Counted from the first letter of the stretch, positions 45,249 to 55,008 are shown. The stretch is 64,000 nt of DNA from an uncultured Candidatus Saccharibacteria bacterium (GCA_964496425.1 CAZBZO010000001.1:71265-135264); one strand, 5' to 3'. A program made the numbers and translations. The notes: generated by a model not told the origin, from the sequence alone.

Positions 45249-47876
45249 TTAGTGACGCCCCACAATTTCTTCTTCTGATACTTCACGAGGAATATCAGGC
45301 AAGCCATCTGTTTCAAAGTTATCTGACCCAATATCAATATTCCCATCCTCACTCTCTTCGTCGTTTTCGGCGGTTCCATCGGAGTCAGTATCATCTTCAC
45401 TGCCAGTATCCTCGCTCGGAGTATTGTCATTCCCACCCTCACCACCAGTATTGGTTCCTCCACTGATATTCTGACGCTTCAAGAGTTTGTCGAGTTCAGT
45501 TTTTGAAATACACGTCTCATCACCAGGATCACCAATACATAATGTTTTTGTGTGGACACGATCAGCAAACAGATCACTAATGCTATTCCCGACGTTAGCA
45601 AGAAATTGCTTGATAAGATTTGCAAGCGAATTTTCAATTTGAAGATCCAGTGACAGAAGTGGTTCAATCTTTATATCAAGTTCTTGAAGGCCCTTGGTGA
45701 GTACCGGCACCATATCTTCATAGCGGACTCCTCTCGGTGTCACGCCATCAGCTTCGTAAAACATCAATCGTGTATCGACTTGTTCCACCTCTTCGGCAAT
45801 AAATCCGATGCGAAGTGCATCGGTGCCATTGTACGCATATGTCACCGGGCGAAGTGCGTTTACAATATCGAGACCATTTTCAGTATACGTATTGATATCG
45901 TGTTTAAACCGCAACGAAGAAACCGTACATGTTGCAGTTCCTGTGTTGTGCGTGATCTCAAACGTGGATGTATTCATACACAGCGCGTCAGGCGTGCCAG
46001 ATGAAGCAGCGAGACCTGAGGTCGCAAAAAGTTTTCCTGCTGTATCGATTCGAAAACGTTCCGCAATACCAGCGCCTGAAGCTTTGGTATAAAAAGAGAG
46101 ATCACCTGTTTCACTTCCAGCGGTATTCACCGCATTTGTAATCTTTAATGCCCCCCGGGCAATACGACGCGCACCGTTTGATACGGTAAACACAAATCCA
46201 TTGGCCGTTTCAAAAGCAAATCCTTGAGCTCCTGTCGTTGCTGTAGCACTGTCGACGTCAAACATGGTCTGAGAGGTAACGTTTGATCCACCATTTGTCG
46301 TTCTAAAAGTGAAATTTGTTGTTCCAACGGATAACACCGAAGCGCCATTTCGATTCATAACAATAGTATTATTAAATGTTTTATCGCCAAGAAATGTTTG
46401 CGTACCTGTCGTAACCAGCCCACGATTAGTCGTAGACGCGTCGGGAATATTAAGCGTACCTGTCGCAGACCAGTTCACATCTGTACCTGACGTACCAGGT
46501 GTTGTTGTAAGTGGAAACATGCCACTGGCATCAGGCAAGATATACGAACGATCAGCAGTATTGGAGGTACCATCAAATGTTCGGACAAATCCGTTGCTCC
46601 CTTTCCAAGAAAAAGCATTGGATGAATCAGCATAGAGCCTGAAACCTGAAGCTGGTGTTGATGGAGCGCTGGATTGAAGTGGAAAACCGATAAATCCAGA
46701 CCCTCCCGTACCAGTCAGTGTGCCGCCCGCTATAGGCAAATAACTTGAAAGATCAGAGGTCAACACCAAAGTACCACTCGCATTCGGCACGGTGAGTGTA
46801 CGCGTCGTGCTTGTAGAAATACCCGAGGCTTCAAAGGCAATTTTTTTAGTAGAATCTCCATCATCCAAAATCCGAAAAACATCATCATCAAATTCGGGAC
46901 CTCCACCACCACCTCCGCCCGTCGCATCTATCGTAATAGTGCCAGCGCCGTTGGTAATGTTGATATTGGAACCAGCTGAAAGCGTCGCAAGAGTAAATCC
47001 GGATCCATTGCCAATTAATAATTGGCCGTTTGTTGGCGTACTCGTAAGACCAGTCCCCCCTTGATCAAGAGGCACTGCCCCTGAAGATGTTAAATTTTTT
47101 GATGCATCAGTAAATACCAGCTTTGATGCAGTCAGTCCGGAAAAATTAATAGTTCCAGATGAAGTAATACCCGCTGCTGAAGTAATAGCACCAGAAGTAT
47201 TAATTTGGAATAAATCTCCAGAACCAACAGTAAAAAGTGAGAGGGGTGATGTATCACCGACACCGACATTACCCGTCGAAGTGATACGCAAACGTTCGGT
47301 TGTTCCTCCAGTAGTAAACCCAATACTGCCGGCGGCTGGTAGAAACATACCAGTGGTCAGATCTCCTGCAAATGTATATGTCGGTACAGAAGCTGAGCCA
47401 GCAGCTTTACGTAATGCAAACCCTCCACTCGTACCCGATTGGTAATAGGTGTTTCCAAATCGATATGCCTCAGCGCCATTAATCGTGACATTGATCTGAC
47501 CAGCTCCCGCACTATAGAGTCCCGTATCAGCATCACCGACGAAACCATACGAAGGTGCGGTTGCACTTCCTAAACCGAGAAGGAGTTGATTGTTGGTGTT
47601 ATCCCAGAAAAAATTAGTATTATCTTGCTGAAGAACCCCCGCAGCACCTACGAACAACACGGATCCAGTGGTTCCTGAGCCAATCGTTGTAGTATCGATC
47701 GAGAATGATTCAGAGACAATACAAGTACCGTCATCGGGACCGCAATCTGGTTGAAGGGTTTCTCCTGGTGCAAATGGGCCTGCTGCAAATACTGTAAAGG
47801 CAAGAGAAAAAACAAACGCAAAGAGCAGCGAAATAACCAGGAGACGATTTTTTTCAAAAATCCATTCCCTCATCAC
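45249..47876 (-). CDS. Paralogous beta-helical fibre-like surface protein with C-terminal intramolecular-chaperone domain
   Basis: Same N-terminal PGET..P.C.P.D.TC motif as the neighbouring gene, long G/S/T-rich repeat body, GGGGGGG run. C-terminal SLRFKHDINTYTENGLDIVNALRPVTYAYNG...RIGFIAEEVEQVD...VRYEDMVPVLTKGLQELDIKI, then VHTKTLCIGDPGDETC and an acidic tail. Confidence 0.7.
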   Translation of the reverse strand: MMREWIFEKNRLLVISLLFAFVFSLAFTVFAAGPFAPGETLQPDCGPDDGTCIVSESFSIDTTTIGSGTTGSVLFVGAAGVLQQDNTNFFWDNTNNQLLLGLGSATAPSYGFVGDADTGLYSAGAGQINVTINGAEAYRFGNTYYQSGTSGGFALRKAAGSASVPTYTFAGDLTTGMFLPAAGSIGFTTGGTTERLRITSTGNVGVGDTSPLSLFTVGSGDLFQINTSGAITSAAGITSSGTINFSGLTASKLVFTDASKNLTSSGAVPLDQGGTGLTSTPTNGQLLIGNGSGFTLATLSAGSNINITNGAGTITIDATGGGGGGGPEFDDDVFRILDDGDSTKKIAFEASGISTSTTRTLTVPNASGTLVLTSDLSSYLPIAGGTLTGTGGSGFIGFPLQSSAPSTPASGFRLYADSSNAFSWKGSNGFVRTFDGTSNTADRSYILPDASGMFPLTTTPGTSGTDVNWSATGTLNIPDASTTNRGLVTTGTQTFLGDKTFNNTIVMNRNGASVLSVGTTNFTFRTTNGGSNVTSQTMFDVDSATATTGAQGFAFETANGFVFTVSNGARRIARGALKITNAVNTAGSETGDLSFYTKASGAGIAERFRIDTAGKLFATSGLAASSGTPDALCMNTSTFEITHNTGTATCTVSSLRFKHDINTYTENGLDIVNALRPVTYAYNGTDALRIGFIAEEVEQVDTRLMFYEADGVTPRGVRYEDMVPVLTKGLQELDIKIEPLLSLDLQIENSLANLIKQFLANVGNSISDLFADRVHTKTLCIGDPGDETCISKTELDKLLKRQNISGGTNTGGEGGNDNTPSEDTGSEDDTDSDGTAENDEESEDGNIDIGSDNFETDGLPDIPREVSEEEIVGRH

Positions 47877-47971
47877 TCTATTATACCTAAAAAAATCAAA
47901 TTACGTATTATAAATTGATATGTAAGGTTTAAAATAGAGATTATTGAAGAAATAAAGAGCTCTCCCCTACG

Positions 47972-50092
47972 TTATACTTCAAAGGATCCGTTGATTACTC
48001 CTTTTTTAACCGCAATCGGTGGTGAAGAATAGACCGTGCGGTAACCACCTCCTTCATTTTTCTGATCTATCTTTACATAGTAGGTGCCGTTTGCTACCAA
48101 ACAGAGATACCGTCCTTGCACATCAGCGACACAGTTTTTGATCTGAGTATTCGTTGCTTGAGAGAATACGCGCACCACAGCAAATGGTATACCGTAGCCG
48201 GTATCTTTTTCAAAAATAACACCTTTCACCTTTTCCTTGATTCCGATCCGGCGCATGATAAACATTAGCGCGTAGAGTCCGAGAATGGCAAATGTATACG
48301 GTTTTGTTATCACGAAAGCCGCAAACACTGAAAGCAGAAAACCTGCATAGAAAAATACTTTTGAAACTTGGTGCGCGGCAACATGCCATTTGGAATAAAA
48401 TCGCATAATCTTGCGATCACGTTTCGCGACTTCGTTCCAGTCAACTCCAATCGCATCCATTGGAATATTTTTATTAATAATATCACCATCATTTTCTATT
48501 ACGATTTCCTCGCCAAAATAAAGTTCTTTGTAAAATTCATCCGCGCCCACACCTGAGAGACGAAGAGATGGAAAACGGTAGTTGGTTTTATTTACCAAAA
48601 TTTTATAGGTGCCTTTTTTGACAATAAATCCATAGCGACCATCGAGGTCGGTAATTGCGCTAGAAATTTCCTTACCATTTACATCTTGAAGAGAGACATA
48701 GACTGGATCAAGCGGTTGTTTGGTCACTGAGTCATAGACAATACCCCATGATTTTCGTCTGACACCGAGCGCTGAGAGAATCAGTGAGCCAATACGAAAC
48801 GGAATAAGTGCGATCTCGGAAATATTGAGGACGGTGATAAGCGTCGGTACTGCAGTCGCAACACCAATCGCCACGCCGGCACCTGTCACAATATTGGAAA
48901 AGTTTCGTCCGATGTCTGTTGAGAGTGTATTACTTACTGTATTGATAATTTGATTAGTAGTATTTTGTATTGCTTGACCCACACTCGTTGTTTCTTCAAC
49001 AGTGGGAGTCTCTTCGTTTAAATAAAATCCATCCCCTGATATATCAACGCTGCTTAGGTCATCATCATTTTTTTTACCTCCTCCGCCACCTCCGCCATTA
49101 TTTGTTCCTTGGTCACTTGGAGTAGGATCTTCCGATCCTCCATCCTCAACAGGAGGATCTTCCCCTGGATCTATTGGATCTTCTTCAGGGTCTTCTTCAC
49201 TTCCACCACCACCGCCACCGCCTGAAAAAGTCCTTCCACCTTCATTGTTATCAAGCGAACCAGTACATCCTGTATCTGCAGGATAATCGATAAGTCCATC
49301 ATTATCATTATCGTCACCATCATCACAGGCAGGGCCTTCGTTGATACTTTCTGCCGAAGCGCATCCAGCGTCAGCTGGATAGTCAGTTTCTCCATCGTTG
49401 TCGTTATCAAGACCATCACTACACTGAGCAGCTGCCTCCGCATTTCCGCTTGTAGAACTACAGCTCGTATCTTCAGGGTAGTCAGTATCCCCGTCGCTGT
49501 CGTTATCAAAACCGTCATTGCATTGGGTCCCCCAATCGGTTTTAACACACGTACCAGCATCTTCGCAGTCAAATTTGATCCACCCAACATTTTGTCCCCA
49601 GGCATAGCCAAGAAACTCACCGTCCGTAATTAAAACTCGTGCAAAATCAGCATCTTCATTGTCAAATGGTCCAAAATTGATCCAACCAACATTTTGACCC
49701 CAGGCATAGCCGGAGAGCTGAGAAAGCATATCTGTCCCAATTGCCGGAGTATCAATGATATTATTCTCTACCTTAAAATCACTATCGGCGCAGGAGTTAC
49801 TGCCATTGGCACAATTGAGGCTAATCCACCCGTATTTTTCTCCCCACGCATAGCCGGAGAGTTCGGTGTCTGTGATTACAACATTATTAACTGAAATGCC
49901 TGGCTCGGTAAAGTAGCCGAAGTTAATGAGACTACTATCACGCATGACCTCTGCGGTATATGATCCATCATTGTCAGGATTAATACTTCCTGTTACTGCA
50001 TGGCTGATAGCAGGTAACGACAAAAAAAAGAGGAGTGCTACAAAAAACATTCTGCTTTTCGCATATGAAAAATTTCTGCCAAACACGATCAT
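47972..50092 (-). CDS. Multi-domain membrane protein: GYAWGxxxGWIxF repeats, Cys-flanked Asp-rich (TSP3-like) repeats, poly-Gly linkers, internal TM helices and two carboxypeptidase-regulatory-like beta-sandwich domains
   Basis: Signal peptide. Repeats SGYAWGEKYGWISLNC / SGYAWGQNVGWINFGP / LGYAWGQNVGWIKFDC. Three copies of C.DG.DND.DG..DYP.D.GC. TM stretch VTGAGVAIGVATAVPTLITVL. WGIVYDSVTKQPLDPVYVSLQDVNGKEISSAITDLDGRYGF... and a second ...VRVFSQATNTQIKNCVADVQGRYLCLVANGTYYVKI domain. Confidence 0.65.
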   Translation of the reverse strand: MIVFGRNFSYAKSRMFFVALLFFLSLPAISHAVTGSINPDNDGSYTAEVMRDSSLINFGYFTEPGISVNNVVITDTELSGYAWGEKYGWISLNCANGSNSCADSDFKVENNIIDTPAIGTDMLSQLSGYAWGQNVGWINFGPFDNEDADFARVLITDGEFLGYAWGQNVGWIKFDCEDAGTCVKTDWGTQCNDGFDNDSDGDTDYPEDTSCSSTSGNAEAAAQCSDGLDNDNDGETDYPADAGCASAESINEGPACDDGDDNDNDGLIDYPADTGCTGSLDNNEGGRTFSGGGGGGGSEEDPEEDPIDPGEDPPVEDGGSEDPTPSDQGTNNGGGGGGGKKNDDDLSSVDISGDGFYLNEETPTVEETTSVGQAIQNTTNQIINTVSNTLSTDIGRNFSNIVTGAGVAIGVATAVPTLITVLNISEIALIPFRIGSLILSALGVRRKSWGIVYDSVTKQPLDPVYVSLQDVNGKEISSAITDLDGRYGFIVKKGTYKILVNKTNYRFPSLRLSGVGADEFYKELYFGEEIVIENDGDIINKNIPMDAIGVDWNEVAKRDRKIMRFYSKWHVAAHQVSKVFFYAGFLLSVFAAFVITKPYTFAILGLYALMFIMRRIGIKEKVKGVIFEKDTGYGIPFAVVRVFSQATNTQIKNCVADVQGRYLCLVANGTYYVKIDQKNEGGGYRTVYSSPPIAVKKGVINGSFEV

Positions 50093-50107
50093 AGATATGA
50101 TTATATA

Positions 50108-52012
50108 TTAAATTTCAAATGCACGGTTGATACAACCACGACGGACCATGAAAGGTGCTGATGTAAACGTACGCATCACAGCATCCGACTGATCAAGTTC
50201 GCTGATTTCTACATAGTAGCGACCCTTCGGTACTAATGCATAGTACACTCCTTCGGTATCGGTTTTTTTATGTCCGATTTCAGTATGGAGTTCCGCCTTA
50301 AATATTTTTATAAGTGCCCGCGAAATTGGAGCTTTAGTATTTTTATCAATAACGATTCCGTACGGACTCATAATACTGCCCGCGCGGAGAGAAATAAGAT
50401 ATATGAGTATGTAAAGTGCAAAGAGTGCCAGGTTAAGAAACGTTGGGTATGCAAATGCAGTAATGGTCGATAGTCCAAAGCCTATCCAAAACAAGATATG
50501 CAGTATTAGAGCGAGAGAGCGCTTAATACGCGAGACACGAAATACCACAAGGCGTTGATTTATTTTTTCGGTTACATTGAAATCGGGTCGGGTACGGGTC
50601 GGATCCATGGGAATATTTTTAATAATAACTTTTACATTATCAGACACGGTCATATCAGCTCCAAAATAAAGGTCGTCATAATATCCATCATTTTTTTTAC
50701 CAGCCAACAAGCTTGATGGAAATCGATAATTACTATGTGTTGCAGTGAGTCGATAGAGCCCACGCTTGACCAAAAATCCATACCGACCAGAAAGATCGGT
50801 GATTGCCGTGTTAACTTCTTCGCCATGCGCTCCAAATAATGTGACATATACGGGGTCAAGTGGTTCTTTGAGTTCACTATCATACACAACTCCCCACAGG
50901 CGGATACGGACTCCTATCAAAAAAAGAGCGAGCGAGCCAATTTGTGATGGCACAAAGAAACTCGCCAAACTACTGGCAAATATTCCACCAGCAAGTGCCG
51001 TGACGAGGGCAAGTGCGCCGATCAACCCCGGAGGAACATCACTTAGGAACACGTCCGACAAAAATGAAGCAACAATATCGCTTGCGGAAGTGACTACCTC
51101 TACTACTGTATTGAAAAATTCTGTTATTGATGGGGTCGGATCATCTCCCGTAGCGTCAGGATCAGTGTTGCCGGGAATGGTAGGGTCACTCTCATCTCCA
51201 TCATCGATTGATGAAGGACAATCAACGGTACTTGTTTGCACACCAGAAACTTCTGGACACACGTCAGATGAATCACCGCTATCGTCCGGTGTAACAGGAC
51301 AACTTGCTGCACTTGTTTGGATGCCAGAAATATTTGGACATTTATCTATGCCTTTATCAATCGGAAGAGGGCAAAAACTTGGACTGGTTTGAATACCCAC
51401 CAGATTTGGACAATGGTCAATTGGCGGTGCGCATAAGGTATTGGTGATTTGGAAACCAGATACACCTGGGCATTGATCGTAAATCGGGGTTGACGGCTTT
51501 GAACCCCCACCACCGGTGCCGCCATCGTCGCCGCAATCCGCATCTGGCCGCCAGTCAGTACTCACACAGGCACCAACGACCCCACAATCAAATTGTATCC
51601 ACCCAAATGTAGCGCTCCAGGCAAAACCACTCCAATCCCCAGTCGAAGTACTAATCACTACTTCTGGCGTGGCTGAATTTTCAAAAGGACCAAAATTTAC
51701 CCAACCAGCCGTAGAACCATATGCATAGCCCGAGAGTGCACCACCACAACTATTGACGACACTCTCGCCATTCGGGCTAAAATTGATCCAGCCAATATTC
51801 TCTCCCCACGCATAGCCAGTAACTTCTTCGTCGGTAATCATAATCGGCGCGGCTCCGCCAGTTGGAAGGAAATTGACCGAGGAACCGTCCGAATACACCT
51901 TAGCAGTATTATTAGTGGCATCAATCGTACCGGTTTCGGCGTGAGCAAACGGTACGAGGCCCAATAATAAAAATTGAGTGAAGATGAAAAATAATATTTT
52001 CTGATGAAACAT
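50108..52012 (-). CDS. Paralog of the 47972-50092 protein (same architecture; Cys-rich CPxxSGxQTS repeats replace the TSP3-like repeats)
   Basis: SGYAWGENIGWINFSPN / SGYAYGSTAGWVNFGPF / SGFAWSATFGWIQFDCG; five copies of CP(N/E)xSG(I/V)QTS. WGVVYDSELKEPLDPVYVTLFGAHGEEVNTAITDLSGRYGF and ...HTEIGHKKTDTEGVYYALVPKGRYYVEI domains. ATG at 52012 preferred to avoid overlap with the M50 protease gene. Confidence 0.65.
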   Translation of the reverse strand: MFHQKILFFIFTQFLLLGLVPFAHAETGTIDATNNTAKVYSDGSSVNFLPTGGAAPIMITDEEVTGYAWGENIGWINFSPNGESVVNSCGGALSGYAYGSTAGWVNFGPFENSATPEVVISTSTGDWSGFAWSATFGWIQFDCGVVGACVSTDWRPDADCGDDGGTGGGGSKPSTPIYDQCPGVSGFQITNTLCAPPIDHCPNLVGIQTSPSFCPLPIDKGIDKCPNISGIQTSAASCPVTPDDSGDSSDVCPEVSGVQTSTVDCPSSIDDGDESDPTIPGNTDPDATGDDPTPSITEFFNTVVEVVTSASDIVASFLSDVFLSDVPPGLIGALALVTALAGGIFASSLASFFVPSQIGSLALFLIGVRIRLWGVVYDSELKEPLDPVYVTLFGAHGEEVNTAITDLSGRYGFLVKRGLYRLTATHSNYRFPSSLLAGKKNDGYYDDLYFGADMTVSDNVKVIIKNIPMDPTRTRPDFNVTEKINQRLVVFRVSRIKRSLALILHILFWIGFGLSTITAFAYPTFLNLALFALYILIYLISLRAGSIMSPYGIVIDKNTKAPISRALIKIFKAELHTEIGHKKTDTEGVYYALVPKGRYYVEISELDQSDAVMRTFTSAPFMVRRGCINRAFEI

Positions 52013-52016
52013 ACAA

Positions 52017-52646
52017 CTACACCGGAAGCGCAAAGCCGGTCAAAAGTGCATAGGTTTTAAATATTATTGGGGATACAAACTGCCAACCAAAAAGCACGAA
52101 GAAAAGAAGGAGGAACATGCCGTATTTTTCATATGAACGGACTTGCATTTCTATGCGTGCAGGCAATAGTGCGGTCAAAATCCGTGAACCATCCAGCGGT
52201 GGGATCGGTATCAGGTTGAAAACCGCAAGAAGTAAATTGACGAGCACAATAATGCTTGCAATGACGAGAAGCGGACTCGCTCCATAGCCGAAATACACAC
52301 AAGCGCGAATAACTAAACCAAAAAAAATAGCGATGGCGAGGTTGGCAGCGATACCTGCCACAGCAACAGCAATCGTACCTCGTTTTTTGTCTCTAAAATT
52401 ATTTTCATTAAATGGTACCGGTTTTGCCCATCCGATCAAAAACCCAGCATGTGTGATCAAGAGCAAAACAGGTAGAATCACTGATCCAAATGGGTCGAGG
52501 TGCTTGAGAGGATTCAATGTCAAACGGCCCGCATAACGAGCTGTTTCATCGCCATAGGAAAGTGCCGCATATCCATGGGATACTTCATGGACAACAATAG
52601 AGAAAATAAGGATAACAATATAGAAAATAGTGTTGATTTGGTCCAT
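52017..52646 (-). CDS. Site-2 protease family (M50) intramembrane zinc metalloprotease
   Basis: HEVSHG (HExxH) within TM1; second zinc-ligand region LNLIPIPPLDG; polytopic membrane protein. Confidence 0.75.
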   Translation of the reverse strand: MDQINTIFYIVILIFSIVVHEVSHGYAALSYGDETARYAGRLTLNPLKHLDPFGSVILPVLLLITHAGFLIGWAKPVPFNENNFRDKKRGTIAVAVAGIAANLAIAIFFGLVIRACVYFGYGASPLLVIASIIVLVNLLLAVFNLIPIPPLDGSRILTALLPARIEMQVRSYEKYGMFLLLFFVLFGWQFVSPIIFKTYALLTGFALPV

Positions 52647-52747
52647 AGTGCTTGGGATTGCCTTCTTATAGAGAGTATGATACCATGAGCCACACGTAAG
52701 TTAAAAATTATTTCTTATCTACTTACTAACCCCTAACAACTATTTTT

Positions 52748-52990
52748 ATGGCAAAAGTCTGCGCAATAACTAAACAAGGTTCAATGATTGGTGGTGGCTA
52801 TTCCAACCGCACTCGTGCCACCAAATTCAACCCGACCGGCAAAGTCCGCAAGTATTCAAATCTTCAAAAAAAGAAGGTTTACATTCCTGAACTCAAAAAA
52901 ACTATGACTCTGACTATCTCCACTCGTGCGCTCCGCACCATCAACAAACGCGGCGCGTTTGTGACTCTCAAGAAAGCAGGAGTAATCTAG
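52748..52990 (+). CDS. rpmB: 50S ribosomal protein L28
   Basis: MAKVCAITKQGSMIGGGYSNRTRATKFNPTGK... is the L28 signature. Confidence 0.85.
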   Translation: MAKVCAITKQGSMIGGGYSNRTRATKFNPTGKVRKYSNLQKKKVYIPELKKTMTLTISTRALRTINKRGAFVTLKKAGVI

Positions 52991-53025
52991 ACAGTAAGTA
53001 GTTAGTAGTAAATAGAAAATCCCAA

Positions 53026-53058
53026 TCAAAAATCCGCCTCTTGGCGGATTTTTGATTT
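53026..53058. terminator. Bidirectional intrinsic terminator after rpmB
   Basis: AAAAATCCGCC-tctt-GGCGGATTTTTGATTT. Confidence 0.65.
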
Positions 53059-53073
53059 ACTGAAAAAATTTTA

Positions 53074-53346
53074 TTAGTGAATTTCTTCAATATAGACAGG
53101 AATTGTTTGACTAGAATCCTTTGGCTTTACTTCTACTTCAAGCATAGCGGGATATTTTGAAACTACTGTCCCATATTCAAGGTTACTTCTTTCTCCAGTA
53201 ACTGGGTCAACAATATTATACGCAATTTCATCGTCCTTATTGATTTTAGCGAACGCCTCAATCACAAATGGTTCAAGATCTCGTCCTCGTTTATCTTTTC
53301 GTCTATTGATCCCAAGAAAAGGGTCTGGTGGCATTTCATGACTCAT
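53074..53346 (-). CDS. Hypothetical small protein
   Basis: 90-aa ORF with coding-like composition; no motif recognised. Confidence 0.35.
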   Translation of the reverse strand: MSHEMPPDPFLGINRRKDKRGRDLEPFVIEAFAKINKDDEIAYNIVDPVTGERSNLEYGTVVSKYPAMLEVEVKPKDSSQTIPVYIEEIH

Positions 53347-53397
53347 ATCTTATAATATACAGTAAACTTAAATTTTGTCGAGCTTGCGGTATCAGAT

Positions 53398-54285
53398 TTA
53401 GTTAATTTTCTGAAATTTTGTTACAAGACTCTTTCCATCCGACTTCATTTCTATCGTTCCGTATTCACAAGTCCCGTAGGGCGTAATTCCATGCGCATCA
53501 ATTCGTGCCATCACTTCTGGATGCGGATGACCGTAGCGATTATCGCACCCTGCGGAAATGATTGCGTAATCAGGAGTCGTGGCCATAAGCCACGACTCAG
53601 TTGAAGATGTCTTGGACCCATGGTGGCCGAGCTTGATTACGTCAACATCGAGAATGGACGGATTAGAATTTACCCGCACGATACCTTCGGTCCGCGCCGT
53701 GGCATCCCCCATCAACATAAAAGATGTTTCGCCATACACAAGCCGCCCGACGATCGATCCATCATTTGAATTCCAGCGTGACACGTCACGATCTGGGAAA
53801 AGAACTTCGTAATAAATATTATGCTCGGTATCAAGTATGATTTTCATACCCTGAGCCGCGCCAATATGGGGCACATCTTCGGCAGCGACCGCATCATCAT
53901 AGGTTTTTCGTAAAGCGGTATCGTTCGTCGTCACCGGATCAACGATTGCTCCGATATCATATCGCCCCAGGAGCGGTATAAATCCACTATAATGGTCAGC
54001 ATCGGGATTGGTGTTGAGGATCACGTCGATACTGCGATCTCCCGCCGGTAAATACCCAGGAAGTTCGCCGAGAAGTGCCGTGCCAGGACCACCATCAATA
54101 ATCATTTGTTTGCCATTTGGCGCTTCGATATAGATTGCATCTCCTTGGCCGACATCGAGAAAATAGACTGACAAGAGATTACTTGTTTCCACTGATTGTA
54201 AGGCGATATAAAGCGTAACGATTGTCGCCGCAAACGCTAAGAGAAAAAGGGTTATCAGCAATTTTGTCCGTTTGCCACCCGCCAT
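53398..54285 (-). CDS. Membrane-anchored MBL-fold protein corresponding to the ComEC C-terminal beta-lactamase-like domain (stand-alone)
   Basis: N-terminal TM helix; LSVYFLDVGQGDAIYIEAPNG... and HHGSKTSS are the motifs of the ComEC/Rec2 metallo-beta-lactamase domain. Confidence 0.7.
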   Translation of the reverse strand: MAGGKRTKLLITLFLLAFAATIVTLYIALQSVETSNLLSVYFLDVGQGDAIYIEAPNGKQMIIDGGPGTALLGELPGYLPAGDRSIDVILNTNPDADHYSGFIPLLGRYDIGAIVDPVTTNDTALRKTYDDAVAAEDVPHIGAAQGMKIILDTEHNIYYEVLFPDRDVSRWNSNDGSIVGRLVYGETSFMLMGDATARTEGIVRVNSNPSILDVDVIKLGHHGSKTSSTESWLMATTPDYAIISAGCDNRYGHPHPEVMARIDAHGITPYGTCEYGTIEMKSDGKSLVTKFQKIN

Positions 54286-54351
54286 GTATACAGTATACTA
54301 AAACCATAGAGGCTTCGTCATTCTCTTCTTATTCATACGTAATACTATTAT

Positions 54352-54945
54352 ATGGAATATTTCACTGCAAAAACTTTCAAAATCCCTGAGCTTAAGGGAA
54401 TTTCCGGAAAAAATATTGAGGAACATTTGAAGCTTTATGCTGGCTATGTAAAATTTTCAAATTATATTTTAAATCAGATTGGTGAGCTCGCAAAAGATAC
54501 CGAGAAAAACTCGTATGAGTTAGGCGAACTCCAGCGTCGCTTCTCATTTGAATGGGGTGGTATGCGAAACCATGAAATTTATTTTGCTCAGTTTGAAGGC
54601 GGGCCGAATGCACTTGCTGAAAATTCAAATCTCCGCGCAATGATTGAAAAACAATGGGGCTCTTTTGATGCATTTCTCGCCCGTTTCAAAGCCGTGGCTA
54701 TGACTCGCGGCGTCGGCTGGGCGATGCTCTACTACGATAAAGAAAGTGGCCATCTTCTTACACAATGGGTCGAGGAGCAACATATCGGACACCTCGCTGG
54801 TCTCTCCCCGATCCTCGCACTCGACATGTGGGAACATGCCTATGTCTACGATTATCTCACCAGCGAAAAGAAAAAATACGTCGAAGCCTTTTTCGAGAAT
54901 TTAAATTGGACAATTATCGAAGAGAATTTCAATGGAATTAAATAA
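54352..54945 (+). CDS. Fe/Mn superoxide dismutase family protein (divergent N-terminus)
   Basis: C-terminal LALDMWEHAYVYDY (D and H metal ligands) and GGMRNHEIYF (central His ligand); 197 aa. Confidence 0.6.
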   Translation: MEYFTAKTFKIPELKGISGKNIEEHLKLYAGYVKFSNYILNQIGELAKDTEKNSYELGELQRRFSFEWGGMRNHEIYFAQFEGGPNALAENSNLRAMIEKQWGSFDAFLARFKAVAMTRGVGWAMLYYDKESGHLLTQWVEEQHIGHLAGLSPILALDMWEHAYVYDYLTSEKKKYVEAFFENLNWTIIEENFNGIK

Positions 54946-55008
54946 CTAACTTGCAAAAAAAATCACCCTTCAAAAGGGTGATTTTTCATAAATATAAGTT
55001 AGAGAACT

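Noticed and set aside
43110-47876. Prophage considered because of tail-fibre chaperone domains
   Set aside because: No terminase, portal, capsid, tail tube/sheath, integrase or att-like repeats nearby; flanked by rpsL and conserved cellular genes, so treated as cellular surface fibres.
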